Assembly (NCBI RefSeq): GCF_016432865.1
Contig: NC_067398.1
Span: forward strand, 55,676,001 to 55,740,000
Reading direction: 5' to 3'
From: Antechinus flavipes
Lineage: Eukaryota
Length of the DNA: 64,000 nucleotides
Shown: in pieces, positions 36,101 through 49,619 of the stretch
Layout: each line of letters begins with the position of its first letter
Position numbering within the stretch: the stretch's first letter is position 1
The notes under the pieces: generated by a model
Told to the model about the DNA's origin: nothing
Databases searched by the model: none
The model's input: the letters and a program-made list of their open reading frames with translations, nothing else
Made by a program: the position numbers and the translations under genes

Positions 36101-39100
36101 AAATTTTTTGAAAAGGAAAACCAGTCAACATTAAATCTAAAAGCTTTGTGAAGAGTTCCATACCTCTGCTGTTCAGCTTCCATATTCTGAAACAGAAATA
36201 AGAAATGAAGAAGCAGTTAAGATTTTTTTTCATTTGTTTTAGAAAAAAAGTTATTTGAAATCTAAGAGTAAATACATTGTTTTTCTAACACTGTCTTTCT
36301 ACTTAAGGGACTACAATCACTATCACCCCAGTGTCCAGACAAATACTACTTGCTTGAGGAGGGATTTGAGGATGGGGAAGAATCCTCCCTTCTCTATTGA
36401 TGTTTCCAAGTTATCATGAACTTCGGTTATCTGCGGAGATCAAGATCACCTGCTTTGAATCATAACCTTCTCTTATTTATACAGGTGAGTGAGGAAAGAC
36501 TTGGCACAGGATAATTCAAAACAATATCTAATTACATATTTAACATGCATACAAATTTCAGGAGTATGCACAATATACAATATTTTCCAACATGTAAGTG
36601 ATTGGAAATTGGTTTTGGTGCTGTTTCTAAATATAAGAGGAAAATCTTCCCTTGAACATTCTAAAGTTATATGAATTGGGAGGGTTGTTGTTAAATTATC
36701 CTCTTCACCCAATGTCTTGACCCACTGAAAGCAAGCCTCTATGCCCTTTTCCCCATTCCAGTAAAGAGAAAAGAAAGAAGGAAAAAACACTGTTGGGACC
36801 AAAAATACCATGTCTACTTGGGAAGGTACCTTCTCACATCCTCTCCCATTCTAAAGGTCATTTTTGTGTTGTCTTCCCCCATTAAAATGTATGCTACCTG
36901 AGGGCAGGAACTGTCTTGTATTTCCAGTACTCACAATGCCTGGAACACAGTAAGTATTTAATAAATGCTTGATGCTTTGTTGCTCTGCATTAATCCAAGA
37001 GTCCCATTACCAGGTATTCTAGGCAAGATAGTGAAAAGCATAGCTGCCCAATCACTCTCTCCCCAATCAACTAAATTCTCATAAGTTATGCTTTCATTGA
37101 CTTTCCACAAGATCTATGTTAAAAATGCTAACATAGCATCTTAGGATTTAGGATAACATGTTAGCTCAGCAATCCCTTGGCAGGAATTTTTAATCAGATT
37201 AGTTCCACATGGGATAGATAATGGAAATTTCAGGGCACGAGATAATACCACAGTATTTTACAGTGACCTCCTTGATGAGAGAGGAACCCCAAAGGTCTTC
37301 CAACATGGAAAAGGGGAAGGGGCGGTGCTGTCCAAACATGACCTTCAGCATACCCTGGATAGATTAAACATTAAGACTTTTAGGCATTTCAGACCCAGAT
37401 CTCTCCTTGCAAGGAACTGTTGAGCAGACTCCACTGCTTTTCTGGAAGCTGACCAGTTCAATTTTGGTGGGGGGGAGAAAACAGAACAATAGCTATGAGA
37501 CAACTGATTGCCCTGAGAGGGCTAGATCGAAATCATATAAGGGTTCGTGGCTCCTTTTTCTACCCCCAGTTTGGCATGGGCTTGGGGGTATCCATATGAT
37601 TAATAATGTTAAAGCTTGAAGGGACCCCTTAGAAGTCATTGAGTGCAGTTCCCTCATTTTACACCTGAGACAGTTGAGACACCAAGAAGGTAAATTACTT
37701 GCCCAGAATTAAATATCTAGTAAACCCTACCCATTACACCATACTGCTTCTCTAAAGACAAGAGGAGGAGAATGAGTATAGAGTTGTTCCCAAACAGCAC
37801 ACTAGAGGTTGGACATGAGGTATTCAGACACTCAGACCCTTGCTTTCCAAGTCACTGAGGATGCTGAGTCCCCATTTCCAATTAAAGAAGCAAGGCAGAG
37901 AAGAATTTGAGCAGAAATCCAGATGATTCTTTCAAGGATATCCTAAGATTACTAAGGTGTAAAAGAATTAACTCCTATTAGTCTGAAAGATTGTCCAAAA
38001 AAGCCTTTCTAGGGATTGAATGAGCCTGGACTAATCTCTGGGCAAAATATCACTTCTAGAACTCAGACCATATCTTTGTCAGTCTCTGCAATGACTTTGT
38101 TGAGTTTTTCTAAGAAACTAAATTATCCCAAAGAAGTTTGATATCTTGCCCCTCCATACTTTCTTGGCAACAGGTATCATATGCATTTAGTGTTCAATAA
38201 AACTAGGCAGGGCCACGAACTAATTGGAGTAAATATAAAATATGTACATAATAGTATAAATTTAAAGCCAGAAGAAACTTTAGAGACTATCTAATCCAAA
38301 TTTTACAAAAACACTGAGGTTCAGAAAGGTCACATAACTTGCCAACAGTTACACACCCAGTCTGTATCAGAGATGGGATTTTAATAAAGTTTTTCCCAAC
38401 TCTTAAGTCCAACATTCAATTTACTATATAATAGAGATCCAATTTAAAGTTGGGCCTGTCAGTTCAGCTTGGGTCTTAGGAGGCTGGGGAATGGAGTTTG
38501 TTGCTATCACTCCTAAGCACACAGATCTAAATGAAATCTCCTGGGGCTGTCCTGGATCAGTCCAAGGACATATCAAATTCTCCCGGCTTCCCCCAGATTT
38601 GGGGGTTGGCTTTCTAAAGCTCATTGTCTATATCGGCATCATTCCCAGCCTTTACTGGGAAGACACTCTTTTCCCAAATACCCCTTGAGTAAGAAGCAGT
38701 TAAAAGTACAGGCTAGTATTCTTCCAGGTGTGAATGTACTCCCTGAGAGTACAGAAAATCTCTAGAATGTACCACCTAAGAAAATAGTACTTTTGTTGTT
38801 GTCTTATTACATACCTTTTTATTAGACTTCCACTATATACATTTCTCTACGGGAAGAGAAAAAGAAAAAATTAGATACAAGAATAAAACAACTATTTCCC
38901 TGTCTCCTAACATTTTCCTGTTTCCCCCCCTTTCTGCCACATTCTCTCATCCTTGCTGATCACCTGCAACGAAAAAAAGGTCCAAGATAGTATATTTTGG
39001 TTTTGTTAAAAATAGATGTCCATCAATTGAGAGAGGGGTAAACAAATGAAGATTTGTGAATATTATTAAAAATGTACAGTACTATGATGAATTTGGAGAA

Positions 39101-39189
39101 GCATTGGAAAACTTCTATAAACTGATGGAAAATGAAATTAGCAAAACCTGGGAAACAATACAAATAGATACTTAAGGGCTAACTCTGCC

Positions 39190-39279
39190 CATTAAATAGT
39201 CAGGGGAGATATAGTTTAAGGAAATGAAGCTCTTATCCCTGTGAAATGGTCACAGTATATCTGCCCTAACTATTTAATG
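39190..39279. mobile_element. 90-bp hairpin element with 24-bp inverted arms (probable MITE)
   Basis: 39190-39213 matches the reverse complement of 39256-39279 at 22/24 positions; 42-nt spacer. Confidence 0.65.
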
Positions 39280-40419
39280 AGATAGTGATGAGAATCAACT
39301 TTAGTAAAGAGAGATAAAAGCATCTTGCAAACTACAGAGCAGGTGTAAGACATTATTCTTGAATTCAATTTCACAAGGATTTATTGAATCCCGACTAAAG
39401 TTGAATTCTTGGTTAAAATTTGGAAAAATAGGGAGACAATATTGGTATTACAGATTGAACTTAAAAGTGTATCCTGCATACATTTGGGGAGTGAGATGGG
39501 CAAGAAGCCAGTTATTAAACATTTATCAGCACATCCTTGCTTCCAGCTATAAATCTATAATCCCCTGATCTAAAAATGTAACACCTCCTTGACCTGATGC
39601 TCTAAAATAAAACCCTGTAGCAATACTGTGGGCTGCCAGGATGCTACAGAAGGCACAGATAAAGAATTAGGAGAAGACAGATTGAAAGAAGATGCCCATT
39701 GTTAAGAGACTTTGCAGGGCTGGAGCTAGAAACCAGATTTCCTATCTCCCAGAGGTACAGCACTATGTCTCATCTTAACTATCCTTTTTCCAAAGAATCA
39801 ACACGACTTCAACATCTGATTCAAACTTAGCCTTACTCCATATCTGGATTTCAATCTACTTCATACTTTCCACCCCAATACTTTACAATTCCTCAGAAAT
39901 TTCTTTTATCACTTGGTCAACTATTATCATCAAACTCTGCCCCTTTCTCTAGTCCACATCTCAAAGACTCAAATTCAAAATAATATCACAAAGAAGAAAG
40001 AAAAGAAAGAAACCAATTAAATGGATCAATGTTGATTTTTTTTCTCTTTTCCTTCCCCCTCCCATTCATCTTCTTTTAAAATGTTTTTAAATTATATTTT
40101 TTCAATCAATTAAAATTCACCTTCCCTCCCTTCTTATTTTCATTCTCTTTTAGCCAGATGAGAGTTTCTCTGTGTGACTTATCTACCTGCACATACTAGT
40201 TTGACTTCATAAATAAAAAATTTAATTCAATTTTTAAAGACCAACTGCATGGGATAGGAATTAAGCATGTGCATGTGCCTAGAATTATTCATCTGGCTGC
40301 ATTTTTCACTTTTAGATTACTTAGGGTTTGGTTCAGGCAGCCATCCCTGGTAGTGAAGGAAATGTTTCATGTGCTACAGTGGGCATGGAGAACAGACCAG
40401 CATGGCATAATGTAAGGTT

Positions 40420-40720
40420 AAGGAAAACACTTTATTTTTGTGATGGTTCAGTTATTTTCAGTCATGTCCAAATTTTTGTGACTCCATTTATCTTTTGGCC
40501 ATTTCTTGCCATGAAACTCTACCCTGCCCCCTACGTTTTCTTGACAAGGTCATTGAAATAGTCAGCCATTTCCTTCTCCAGCTCATTTTGCAGATGAGGA
40601 AACTGAAGCAAATGATAAAATGACTTGCTCAGTCATACAGCTAGTTAAGTGTCTAAGGGCCAATTTGAACCTAGGAAAATGAGTCTAGGCCCACTGCTCT
40701 GGGCACTGTGCATCTTAGCT
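40420..40720 (-). mobile_element. MAR1-type CORE-SINE
   Basis: TTTTCAGTCATGTCC...CCATTTCCTTCTCCAGCTCATTTTGCAGATGAGGAAACTGAAGC...TTAGCTGCCC. Confidence 0.8.
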
Positions 40721-40959
40721 GCCCATACGGCACTTTATAACCAGCATCAAAATTTCCCTTTCTTTTCACCTCCCCTGACCACCTTGCTTTTTTGGCCTGT
40801 CCTTTGTGGGTATGGCCCTCCATCCCTCCATTTCTAGCTGCTGCTTCTTAGAACTTGGATTTTAAGGAAAATGCCTTCATCCTCTGGCTCTGCCAGGGTC
40901 CCCCACCTTTTCGGTTCCTTTTGTGTGTTATCTGCTCCTATGGGAAGGGAAGGTGTAAA

Positions 40960-41220
40960 TGAGTAGCAAAATAAATAACTGACCCTGGAATTAGGACAAA
41001 CTGAGTTCAAATATGGTCCTGAATATGTAGAGCTATATGATCCCAAGGAAGTCACTTTTCCTCTGTCTGACTTAAGTTTCCTTCTCATTAAAGTGAGGAT
41101 AATAATAATCCCTGCCTTCCATAGTTGTTTTGAGAAGAAAATGAGATAATATTTATGAAGTGCCTTGCAAATAAGTGCTACATAAATGCCAACAGACATT
41201 ATTACTCTTTTATTATTATC
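40960..41220 (+). mobile_element. MIR SINE
   Basis: Head (CTGAGTTCAAAT), core and AT-rich tail. Confidence 0.75.
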
Positions 41221-41253
41221 ATTTTTATTAATGAGGGCAAGAACTGTTCCTTC

Positions 41254-41345
41254 TTTTTTTTCGAGGCAGTTGAGGTTAAATGGCATGAACTCAGTCCTCC
41301 TGACTTCAGGGCTGTGCTCTATCCATTGTGCTATCTAGCTGCCCC
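41254..41345 (-). mobile_element. WSINE1 with about 50-bp internal deletion
   Basis: Head and tail present, middle missing; 15-bp TSD AAGAACTGTTCCTTC (41239-41253) / AAAAACTGTTATTTC (41346-41360), 12/15 identical. Confidence 0.85.
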
Positions 41346-41631
41346 AAAAACTGTTATTTCTAATTATATTTATATTCCCAGTACTTAGCATAGAATCTGG
41401 CACATAATAAGCATTTAATAAATGCTTATTGATTTGACTCATGGTACCCAGCACAGTTCTGGGAATATAGTATAGGAAAAGAGACTTGACAAATGTTTTA
41501 TCTTTGGTTCTCTCTCTCTCTGAGATCGGTCTGGAAAATGTTTCTGCAGAGACAACCTTATGAAGGCTAATTATCTTGCAGGACTTTCTAGATCATACAA
41601 GATGCTCAGGAACCTATTCTAAAAAAGTTAT

Positions 41632-42140
41632 NNNNNNNNNNNNNNNNNNNNNNNNNNNNNNNNNNNNNNNNNNNNNNNNNNNNNNNNNNNNNNNNNNNNN
41701 NNNNNNNNNNNNNNNNNNNNNNNNNNNNNNNNNNNNNNNNNNNNNNNNNNNNNNNNNNNNNNNNNNNNNNNNNNNNNNNNNNNNNNNNNNNNNNNNNNNN
41801 NNNNNNNNNNNNNNNNNNNNNNNNNNNNNNNNNNNNNNNNNNNNNNNNNNNNNNNNNNNNNNNNNNNNNNNNNNNNNNNNNNNNNNNNNNNNNNNNNNNN
41901 NNNNNNNNNNNNNNNNNNNNNNNNNNNNNNNNNNNNNNNNNNNNNNNNNNNNNNNNNNNNNNNNNNNNNNNNNNNNNNNNNNNNNNNNNNNNNNNNNNNN
42001 NNNNNNNNNNNNNNNNNNNNNNNNNNNNNNNNNNNNNNNNNNNNNNNNNNNNNNNNNNNNNNNNNNNNNNNNNNNNNNNNNNNNNNNNNNNNNNNNNNNN
42101 NNNNNNNNNNNNNNNNNNNNNNNNNNNNNNNNNNNNNNNA
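41632..42140. other. Assembly gap (509 N)
   Basis: Run of N. Confidence 1.
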
Positions 42141-43137
42141 CAGAGAGTCAATGATAGAGAAAAATAGAGAAAAGAGACAGAGTGAAGAGACAGAGAGAGA
42201 CAGAGACAGAAACAGAGAGAGAGGAGAGAGCTGAGAAATTATCCATAGATTGTAGGATAATGAATAGAATGCTACACTTTGATCAGAAAATCTGAGTTCA
42301 AATGCTGTCTCAAATACTTATACATTCATTTAACTTCTTAGTGATTCTAATATTCCAGAGAAGGTATCAACCTACTTCAGTAGAGAAAGTTCCCTAAATA
42401 CCATTAAAAGCACAGATGCTATTCAAAAGTAGAACAACACGCTCTAGCAGAAGCCCAGCTTAGGATTCTGGTGGGCAGAACTAGAAAAGCAAATCTTAGT
42501 AGACACAAAGAAACCAAACTTCAACCTACCGAGGGACTGGTATTACCCTCTCCCTCACCTCAACTCCCTTAAATTTGCTGGGTTACATTGTTGAACAGAA
42601 ACTTCCATGCATCACCTCAGACCTATTTTTTTTTTTTTTTTTGCTTATTTGCTTAAGCTTGATTTTGAGCTACCTAGGCACTTGACACTCCCCCTGGTGA
42701 TGGAAATGTGTATATCGGTCCATGAGTCTGCCTCTGATTGAGGTAAGGGCTCAGATTTTTGCCTGTTCTTCCAATATAGCAAGGAGAGTTGGGAAAGGAG
42801 GGCAGTTCTGAAGACAGGATAACGCAACTGTCCGTTTTCTGTCTTAAGAAGATGGAGCACTCCCAGATATCACTAGCTAGTATTTGCTGTAGTACAAAAT
42901 TCAGACTGAGATGTTAAGTACCATGCCTAGGTGAAGGGGCAGGTCAATTCTCCAAGAGCCTTCACAGCTGTTTCATAACACTTGAAAGAGTTTCAGGGCA
43001 GCCTTTGCTGACACAGGTGTTGCTTGTGGACAGGAATGAGATAAACTGGAGGCAGAGGAAGAGGAGAGAGGTCAGACAACACAAGGGCCTCTCAGTGCAG
43101 AGGTCAGAGAATAGCAACGGCCTCTCAGTCTCTTTGT

Positions 43138-43507
43138 ATCATCATCATCATCATCTCCATCATCATCATCCATCATCATCTCCATCATCATTATCATCCA
43201 TCATCATCTCCATCATCATCATCTCCATCATCATCTCCATCATCATTATCATCCATCATCATCATCCATCATCATCATCTCCATCATCATTATCATCCAT
43301 CATCATCATCCATCATCATCATCTCCATCATCATNNNNNNNNNNNNNNNNNNNNNNNNNNNNNNNNNNNNNNNNNNNNNNNNNNNNNNNNNNNNNNNNNN
43401 NNNNNNNNNNNNNNNNNNNNNNNNNNNNNNNNNNNNNNNNNNNNNNNNNNNNNNNNNNNNNNNNNNNNNNNNNNNNNNNNNNNNNNNNNNNATCCATCAT
43501 CATCATC
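43138..43507. repeat. (CAT)n/(CATCATCTC)-type simple repeat spanning a 157-N gap (43335-43491)
   Basis: Seen directly on both sides of the gap. Confidence 0.95.
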
Positions 43508-43879
43508 CTCTCACATGAAAAGCCATTCTACAAGTCTGAGTTAGACTTCCAACAGCCACTGGCAGGTGGCTCTCAGAGCACAACACTGAGGCAGGAACCG
43601 TTATTTACTACTGTCCTTTCCAAAGCCCCTCTCTGAGACAGTCTCACCTTGGAACGCTCCTTGCCTGGGTCTACCAAAAATTCTAACTTGAGGATGAACA
43701 ACAGTAAATGGAAAACTCCACGTGGAAGGGAGAATCACAGACAATTCAATTCAATCTGATCCATTTCAAATAAGTAAGTATTTATTAAGCACTGGAGAAG
43801 TTGGGAAAAGGAAAAAATAAAATAATGTAGAGACCTGAATTCTAGTCCTGCCTCAATCAATAATTTTTTGTGGCTTTTC

Positions 43880-44097
43880 AGAACCATCTGGCTCTTTGTG
43901 ACCCCATTTGAGTTTTTCTGGTTGCCATTTCCTTCTCCGGCTCATTTTTACTGAGGGGAAATTGAGGAAACAGAATTAAGTGGCTTGTCCAAGATCGCAC
44001 AGCTAGCAAGCATCTGAGGTCATATTTGAATTCATGAAGATGAGCCTTCCTACTTCCAGGTCTGAGCTCTTTGCACTACGGCACCATTTAGCTGCTC
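43880..44097 (-). mobile_element. MAR1-type CORE-SINE
   Basis: CTCTTTGTGACCCCATTTGAG...TTGCCATTTCCTTCTCC...TTAGCTGC. Confidence 0.8.
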
Positions 44098-45499
44098 CTA
44101 AGGAAATTTCTTTTAATCTTAGGAAATAAAAAAAAATGCCAATACACTTGATAACGATCACTCAAAAGACTTTCCAATGAAACCTTTGCTTCATAACAGA
44201 TGTTTCCTAATCATCCAATTGAACCAATCCAGGGTGAATCAAACAGAAAACTTCTCCAGAGCAGAGATCATCAGCCTGAGGCCATGATGGAAGGATGCTG
44301 GATCTGTAGCATCCTTCCCCTCAACTATTACCCATCTCCCTCTTCCACAACCCTACTGTGTCCAAAGCAAGACACCACTGCCTTCACCACCTGCCCTCCC
44401 TGTCATTTCCCTGACTTGTATAGGTCCAATCTTGGGGAACTCTTCCTGTTTATTATTTTATGGACTACTTAGCACTGATGATCTCAATGCCTTGAAAGAA
44501 AGGCAACCCCTGGGTGGTCTCCATAAAGTTATCAGTGTGGGGAGCTACCTTAATTTGAACCGTCTTGACGGGAATTTAACAGAGACATTCTCAGCTACAA
44601 TCCACATCAGTCAATGGCTTAGAAACAACAATCTAAGAATCTTTTGTACTTGCCTTCTGTTACAGAATATTGTTCACAAACAATGTTCTACCAGTAGATG
44701 TCATTGTAGGAAGAAAAAAATCCAACAGACAAACCAGTCTGGTTTCTTTGCCCAGAAAACCTTTCCTATTAACACTGATAAGACAGGACAGCTCCGCTCC
44801 ACTCTGTGTCTTACCCCAAGGTCACACCGGCTGGTAATTGTGTCCTTGAAGGGAGGGACATTTTGTTCTTTCATCTTATATTCCCGGTCAGGTTTTCTAG
44901 TTGACTCTTTTCTGTAGTCCTAAATTCCCAACCCTGGACACAGACTTAGTGGATCAAAGAGCAAGAAAGCCCCCCGAAGTTGTCCAGTTTAACGGATGCC
45001 TGTCCAAGAAAATTTTTGTTGCTATTCAATTGTGTCCAACTCTTCCCACCCTACTTCCACCATCTTGGAACCCGAGGCTCTTCTTTGAGGTATCTTTCCT
45101 AATTCTCCCTACTGGTACCTTCTCCTTCCTCTATCACATTGTATTTTGTATAAACCCTGTATTTTTATCTACTTATCTTTGAATTTGTGATAATCCTTTC
45201 TCCCTAGGGGACAGAGACTGTCACCTTTTGTGTTTGAATCCCCAGTGGCTAGCGTAACAACGCCTGGCATATAGTAGATATGGAATGAATATTTACTGTT
45301 TAATAAATGCTGACACATAGGAGATATTTTATAATTGCTTGTTGATCAATGGATAGGATTAAGTTTTTCACTATAATGTTTCACTGTTGCCTTGTATAGA
45401 ACTTTCAGCCCATAAAAACTCCTAGATCATCTTCTGCTGGGATTTCAGTCTAGCTACAGTTTCCCTATCTTAGTTTGTGATGTTGATTTAAAAAAATAA

Positions 45500-46260
45500 A
45501 ACATTTCTGGAACTTTATATTTAGCCCTTCTTAAATTTGGTCTGATAGGATCTTTGTGGATTCAGATTCTGTCACCTGATTTTTGCTTAGAATTCTCCGG
45601 CTTCAAATTTTGTGTCATTCATAGACATGATAAGCACTCTTTTTCTGCTTTCCTTGAGTCACTGAAAAACAACATCAAACAAGTTTGCTGGGGGGCATTT
45701 CATTAGAGACCTGTCTCTAAGGTGACAGTGATCTATTAATGACTGCTCTTGGAGTTTAAACAGAACCAGGTGCAAAATCACTTAACTATACACATCTAGC
45801 TCATTTCTTTCCATCTTTTCCATAAGCTTCGCACAAGAAACTGTCAAATGCTTTGCTGAAGTCTAAATATACTATACTTATATTGTATCAACATTCCTCT
45901 TATCTACCAGTCTAGTTAACTCGTCAAAAAGGAAATAAATTTATGACCTACTTTGCATGAAGCCACACTGAAGGCTTTCAGGGAACACTGCATCCTTAAG
46001 CACTCATAAAGGCACTGGGATATTCGAGAATTTAACCAAGAAGTCTATAGATAGTCTGCAGACTCTGGCTTCTTTCCTTTGGTGAAAATTGAGACAATAT
46101 TTGCCTTTCTCTAGTTCCGTGGCAGTAACATTCTTGTCATCTCAGATCTTTCAAAGATTACTGACCCAAGTGTGGCGGTCACATGCGTCTGTTCTTTCAA
46201 TACCCTGCTAGAATGCAGTTTCCTTGGGCCTGTTGAGCTGAACTTGTTAAAGGCTCGAAG
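45500..46260 (-). mobile_element. L3/CR1 reverse transcriptase fragment
   Basis: 45843-45869 translates on the minus strand to YLDFSKAFD, the CR1 RT motif. Confidence 0.85.
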
Positions 46261-46404
46261 ATGCTGTGAAACCACCTTTTATTTATAAGATCAAAGATCT
46301 TGATAGAGCTGGAAGGTACCTCAGAACACAGCTAGTCCAACCTTTACTCTTCTTGGGAGAAAAAGTCAAGTCAAAACAAAAGTTCAGTAATTTGGTCTGC
46401 TTTT

Positions 46405-46670
46405 TCTTTTCTTTTCTTTTTTCTCTTTCCTTCTCTCTCCCTTTCTTCTCCATCTTTCTGTCTCTGTGTGTCTCTCTTTATCTCTCTCTCCCTCTCTGCC
46501 TTTCTGTTTCTCTATCTCTGTCTGATTCTCTCTCTGTCTCTCTCACTGTCTCTGTCTCTCTCTCCCTCCTTTCATCCTCCTTCCATCTGTCTTTCTGTCT
46601 CTGTCTGTGTATGTCTCCATTTCTGCCTGTCTGTCTTTGTCTCTCTCCTGGTCTCTCTCCCGATCTCTCT
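46405..46670. repeat. (TC)n-rich low-complexity tract abutting a gap
   Basis: Seen directly. Confidence 0.9.
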
Positions 46671-47450
46671 NNNNNNNNNNNNNNNNNNNNNNNNNNNNNN
46701 NNNNNNNNNNNNNNNNNNNNNNNNNNNNNNNNNNNNNNNNNNNNNNNNNNNNNNNNNNNNNNNNNNNNNNNNNNNNNNNNNNNNNNNNNNNNNNNNNNNN
46801 NNNNNNNNNNNNNNNNNNNNNNNNNNCNNNNNNNNNNNNNNNNNNNNNNNNNNNNNNNNNNNNNNNNNNNNNNNNNNNNNNNNNNNNNNNNNNNNNNNNN
46901 NNNNNNNNNNNNNNNNNNNNNNNNNNNNNNNNNNNNNNNNNNNNNNNNNNNNNNNNNNNNNNNNNNNNNNNNNNNNNNNNNNNNNNNNNNNNNNNNNNNN
47001 NNNNNNNNNNNNNNNNNNNNNNNNNNNNNNNNNNNNNNNNNNNNNNNNNNNNNNNNNNNNNNNNNNNNNNNNNNNNNNNNNNNNNNNNNNNNNNNNNNNN
47101 NNNNNNNNNNNNNNNNNNNNNNNNNNNNNNNNNNNNNNNNNNNNNNNNNNNNNNNNNNNNNNNNNNNNNNNNNNNNNNNNNNNNNNNNNNNNNNNNNNNN
47201 NNNNNNNNNNNNNNNNNNNNNNNNNNNNNNNNNNNNNNNNNNNNNNNNNNNNNNNNNNNNNNNNNNNNNNNNNNNNNNNNNNNNNNNNNNNNNNNNNNNN
47301 NNNNNNNNNNNNNNNNNNNNNNNNNNNNNNNNNNNNNNNNNNNNNNNNNNNNNNNNNNNNNNNNNNNNNNNNNNNNNNNNNNNNNNNNNNNNNNNNNNNN
47401 NNNNNNNNNNNNNNNNNNNNNNNNNNNNNNNNNNNNNNNNNNNNNNNNNN
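46671..47450. other. Assembly gap (780 nt, one called base at 46827)
   Basis: Run of N. Confidence 1.
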
Positions 47451-47461
47451 GAATCCCTAAT

Positions 47462-47712
47462 TGGCCGCTAGGTGGCACCATAGTACACAGAGTTAGGTCT
47501 GCACCCAGGAAGCTTCATCTTGAGTTCAAATTCAGCCTCAAACACTAGCTGTTTGTCATTGACCAAGCCACTTCACCCTATTTGCCTCCGTTTCCTCATT
47601 TGTAAAATGACCTGGGAAAAGAAAAGGCAAGCCAGTCCAGTATCACTGCCAAGAAAACCCAAAAGGGGGTCACAAAGAGCCAGAAAAGACTGAAAAACAG
47701 CTAAACAATGAC
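47462..47712 (+). mobile_element. Full-length MAR1-type CORE-SINE
   Basis: GCTAGGTGGCACCATAG head, core, and GCCAAGAAAACCC...GACTGAAAAACAGCTAAACAA tail. Confidence 0.82.
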
Positions 47713-49619
47713 AGGGATTAGCAACTTTTCTGAAATGTATAACCTTAGATAACTGACTCCGGAGGGACTAAGAGCTGGGGACTCTTAGCTAGGGACTCAA
47801 GCTGTTCCTTAAGTATTTCAGAGTCTCACTTTGTCTTCTGTTGTCTTTTATCCTCAGTGCATCTGTCCCTTACAGCAATGTTATTCCTTCTTTGACCATC
47901 TACTTTACTTAAACATGGCTAAAAATAAAATCCCAGCAACGACGTTTATAGGAGGAGGACACTTCTGGATGCTGAGTGCCTCAGGAATGATGCACCTTGT
48001 TATTTGGGAGAACAGGGGATCCTAGACAATGGCAGTCATGCAGGAGGAAGGAAAGAAAGGGCCGTGCAGTCAGATGTGGGAAAGCATTAATATAAATTAA
48101 CTTAAATATTACCTGAATACCACAGATGATCCTAGTGGCTTCCAAATCAGGACCCAATGAAGCCCTGGAAAAAAAATGTAATATTGGCTGTTCTCCCCTT
48201 CTTTTTCTGCGTCCCTTCTTGGTCTGAGGCTCCGAGAGTCCTTATCTTTCTCTGTCTCTCTTTCCCACACAATGCACACAGGTACGCGTACACACACACA
48301 GATATGCTCAGACATGCAACACAACTTCCTTCCCTCGTCTTGCTAATTTATGATTACCTCATCTAGGGTTTATGCATTTTAAGGGTGATCGCCTGCTGTC
48401 TAAAGAAAGACTATATACCCTAAAAGAGGGATTTCAGGCTTTAAGAAACAGAAATGGGAAAGGCTTTAGTTGAGGCAAAGGAGGAGGAGGAAGAAGGACA
48501 TTTATTTTCCCACTGTCCATGAATGACAAATCATATCACTAACAGTGTCTCCTTTCTCTGCTGTACATCAACCCAAGCCTATTTCTGCTAAAGATTCTTT
48601 GATTTGTAATGGTTTCTAGAGATCTTATCTCAGACATTTTTGGAAATGTATACAGTGAAGAATCTATAAATAATGTAAAAAAAATTATCTTAATTCACTT
48701 GTTTTGTAACTTCAGATTTGCATATACTGTCCTGATTTTGATTCTATAAAATCAAGAATGCTTGAGTAAAAATCATTACCCATTAATTGCAACTGTAACA
48801 AGGAAAGTGATTTTCAAATTGGAAAGTTAAGGTAACATACATACATACACATATACACTGTGCATATGTTCTTTATTCTTGAATGCAATTTTCAGGTAAT
48901 TCTCAATCATATGTGCTAATAGAATAGCCTTGTGTTTAATAAGCATAATCGTATTAGCTAACATTTATATAGTCTTCTAAGTGCCAGGCTATGCCAAGGG
49001 CTTTATAATTATCTTATTTGTACCTTACAACAACCCTGGAAGAATACCTTATTGTGTTTTCTACTTATAGAAGAGGAAACTGATGCAGAAATTGAGTCAC
49101 TGGCCCAAGATCAAGTGTTCTAAGTACCTAGTAAAGTGTCTGAGGCTACATTTGAACTTGGGTCTTCCTGATTCCAGTCCCAGTGCTCCATCCCCTAGAC
49201 CACCTAGTTCTCATGAGCAGATCTGTAAATTAATACTTTTTGGATTCTTCCCATCCTTCTTCTCTCCATGTAAATCAAGTGGGTAGTCACTAATGTGGTA
49301 GGACTTGAAAGTCATTAAAAGATTCTCCTCCCTGCCAGGTGATTTGAAGTTATGACATAAAAAGCTCTTGGCAAAAGTGAAATTTGACCCAGTCTCTCAG
49401 GCTATTCTCCTATGCATGATAAAGAGCTACACAACAGGAGTTAGGGAGCCTGAAACTGATCACATGGCCAAATTCAAGGTCAGGAACGGTTTTGATTATT
49501 CACTTCTCTAGTGAAGAGTCTCAGCGTTCTGTGCTTTGTTTTCATTGTTTTTTAAATCAGTAATATGGGCTAAAGGCATATATGATACACATCAAATTTA
49601 TAGAAGGTATATAAAAGTA

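Noticed and set aside
46827-46827. Single called C inside the N gap
   Set aside because: Assembly or gap-filling artefact.
41576-47548. Long ORFs at 41576-42154, 43005-43544 and 46266-47548
   Set aside because: Artefacts of N gaps and of (CAT)n or (TC)n repeats; the poly-His and Leu/Ser tracts are repeat translations.
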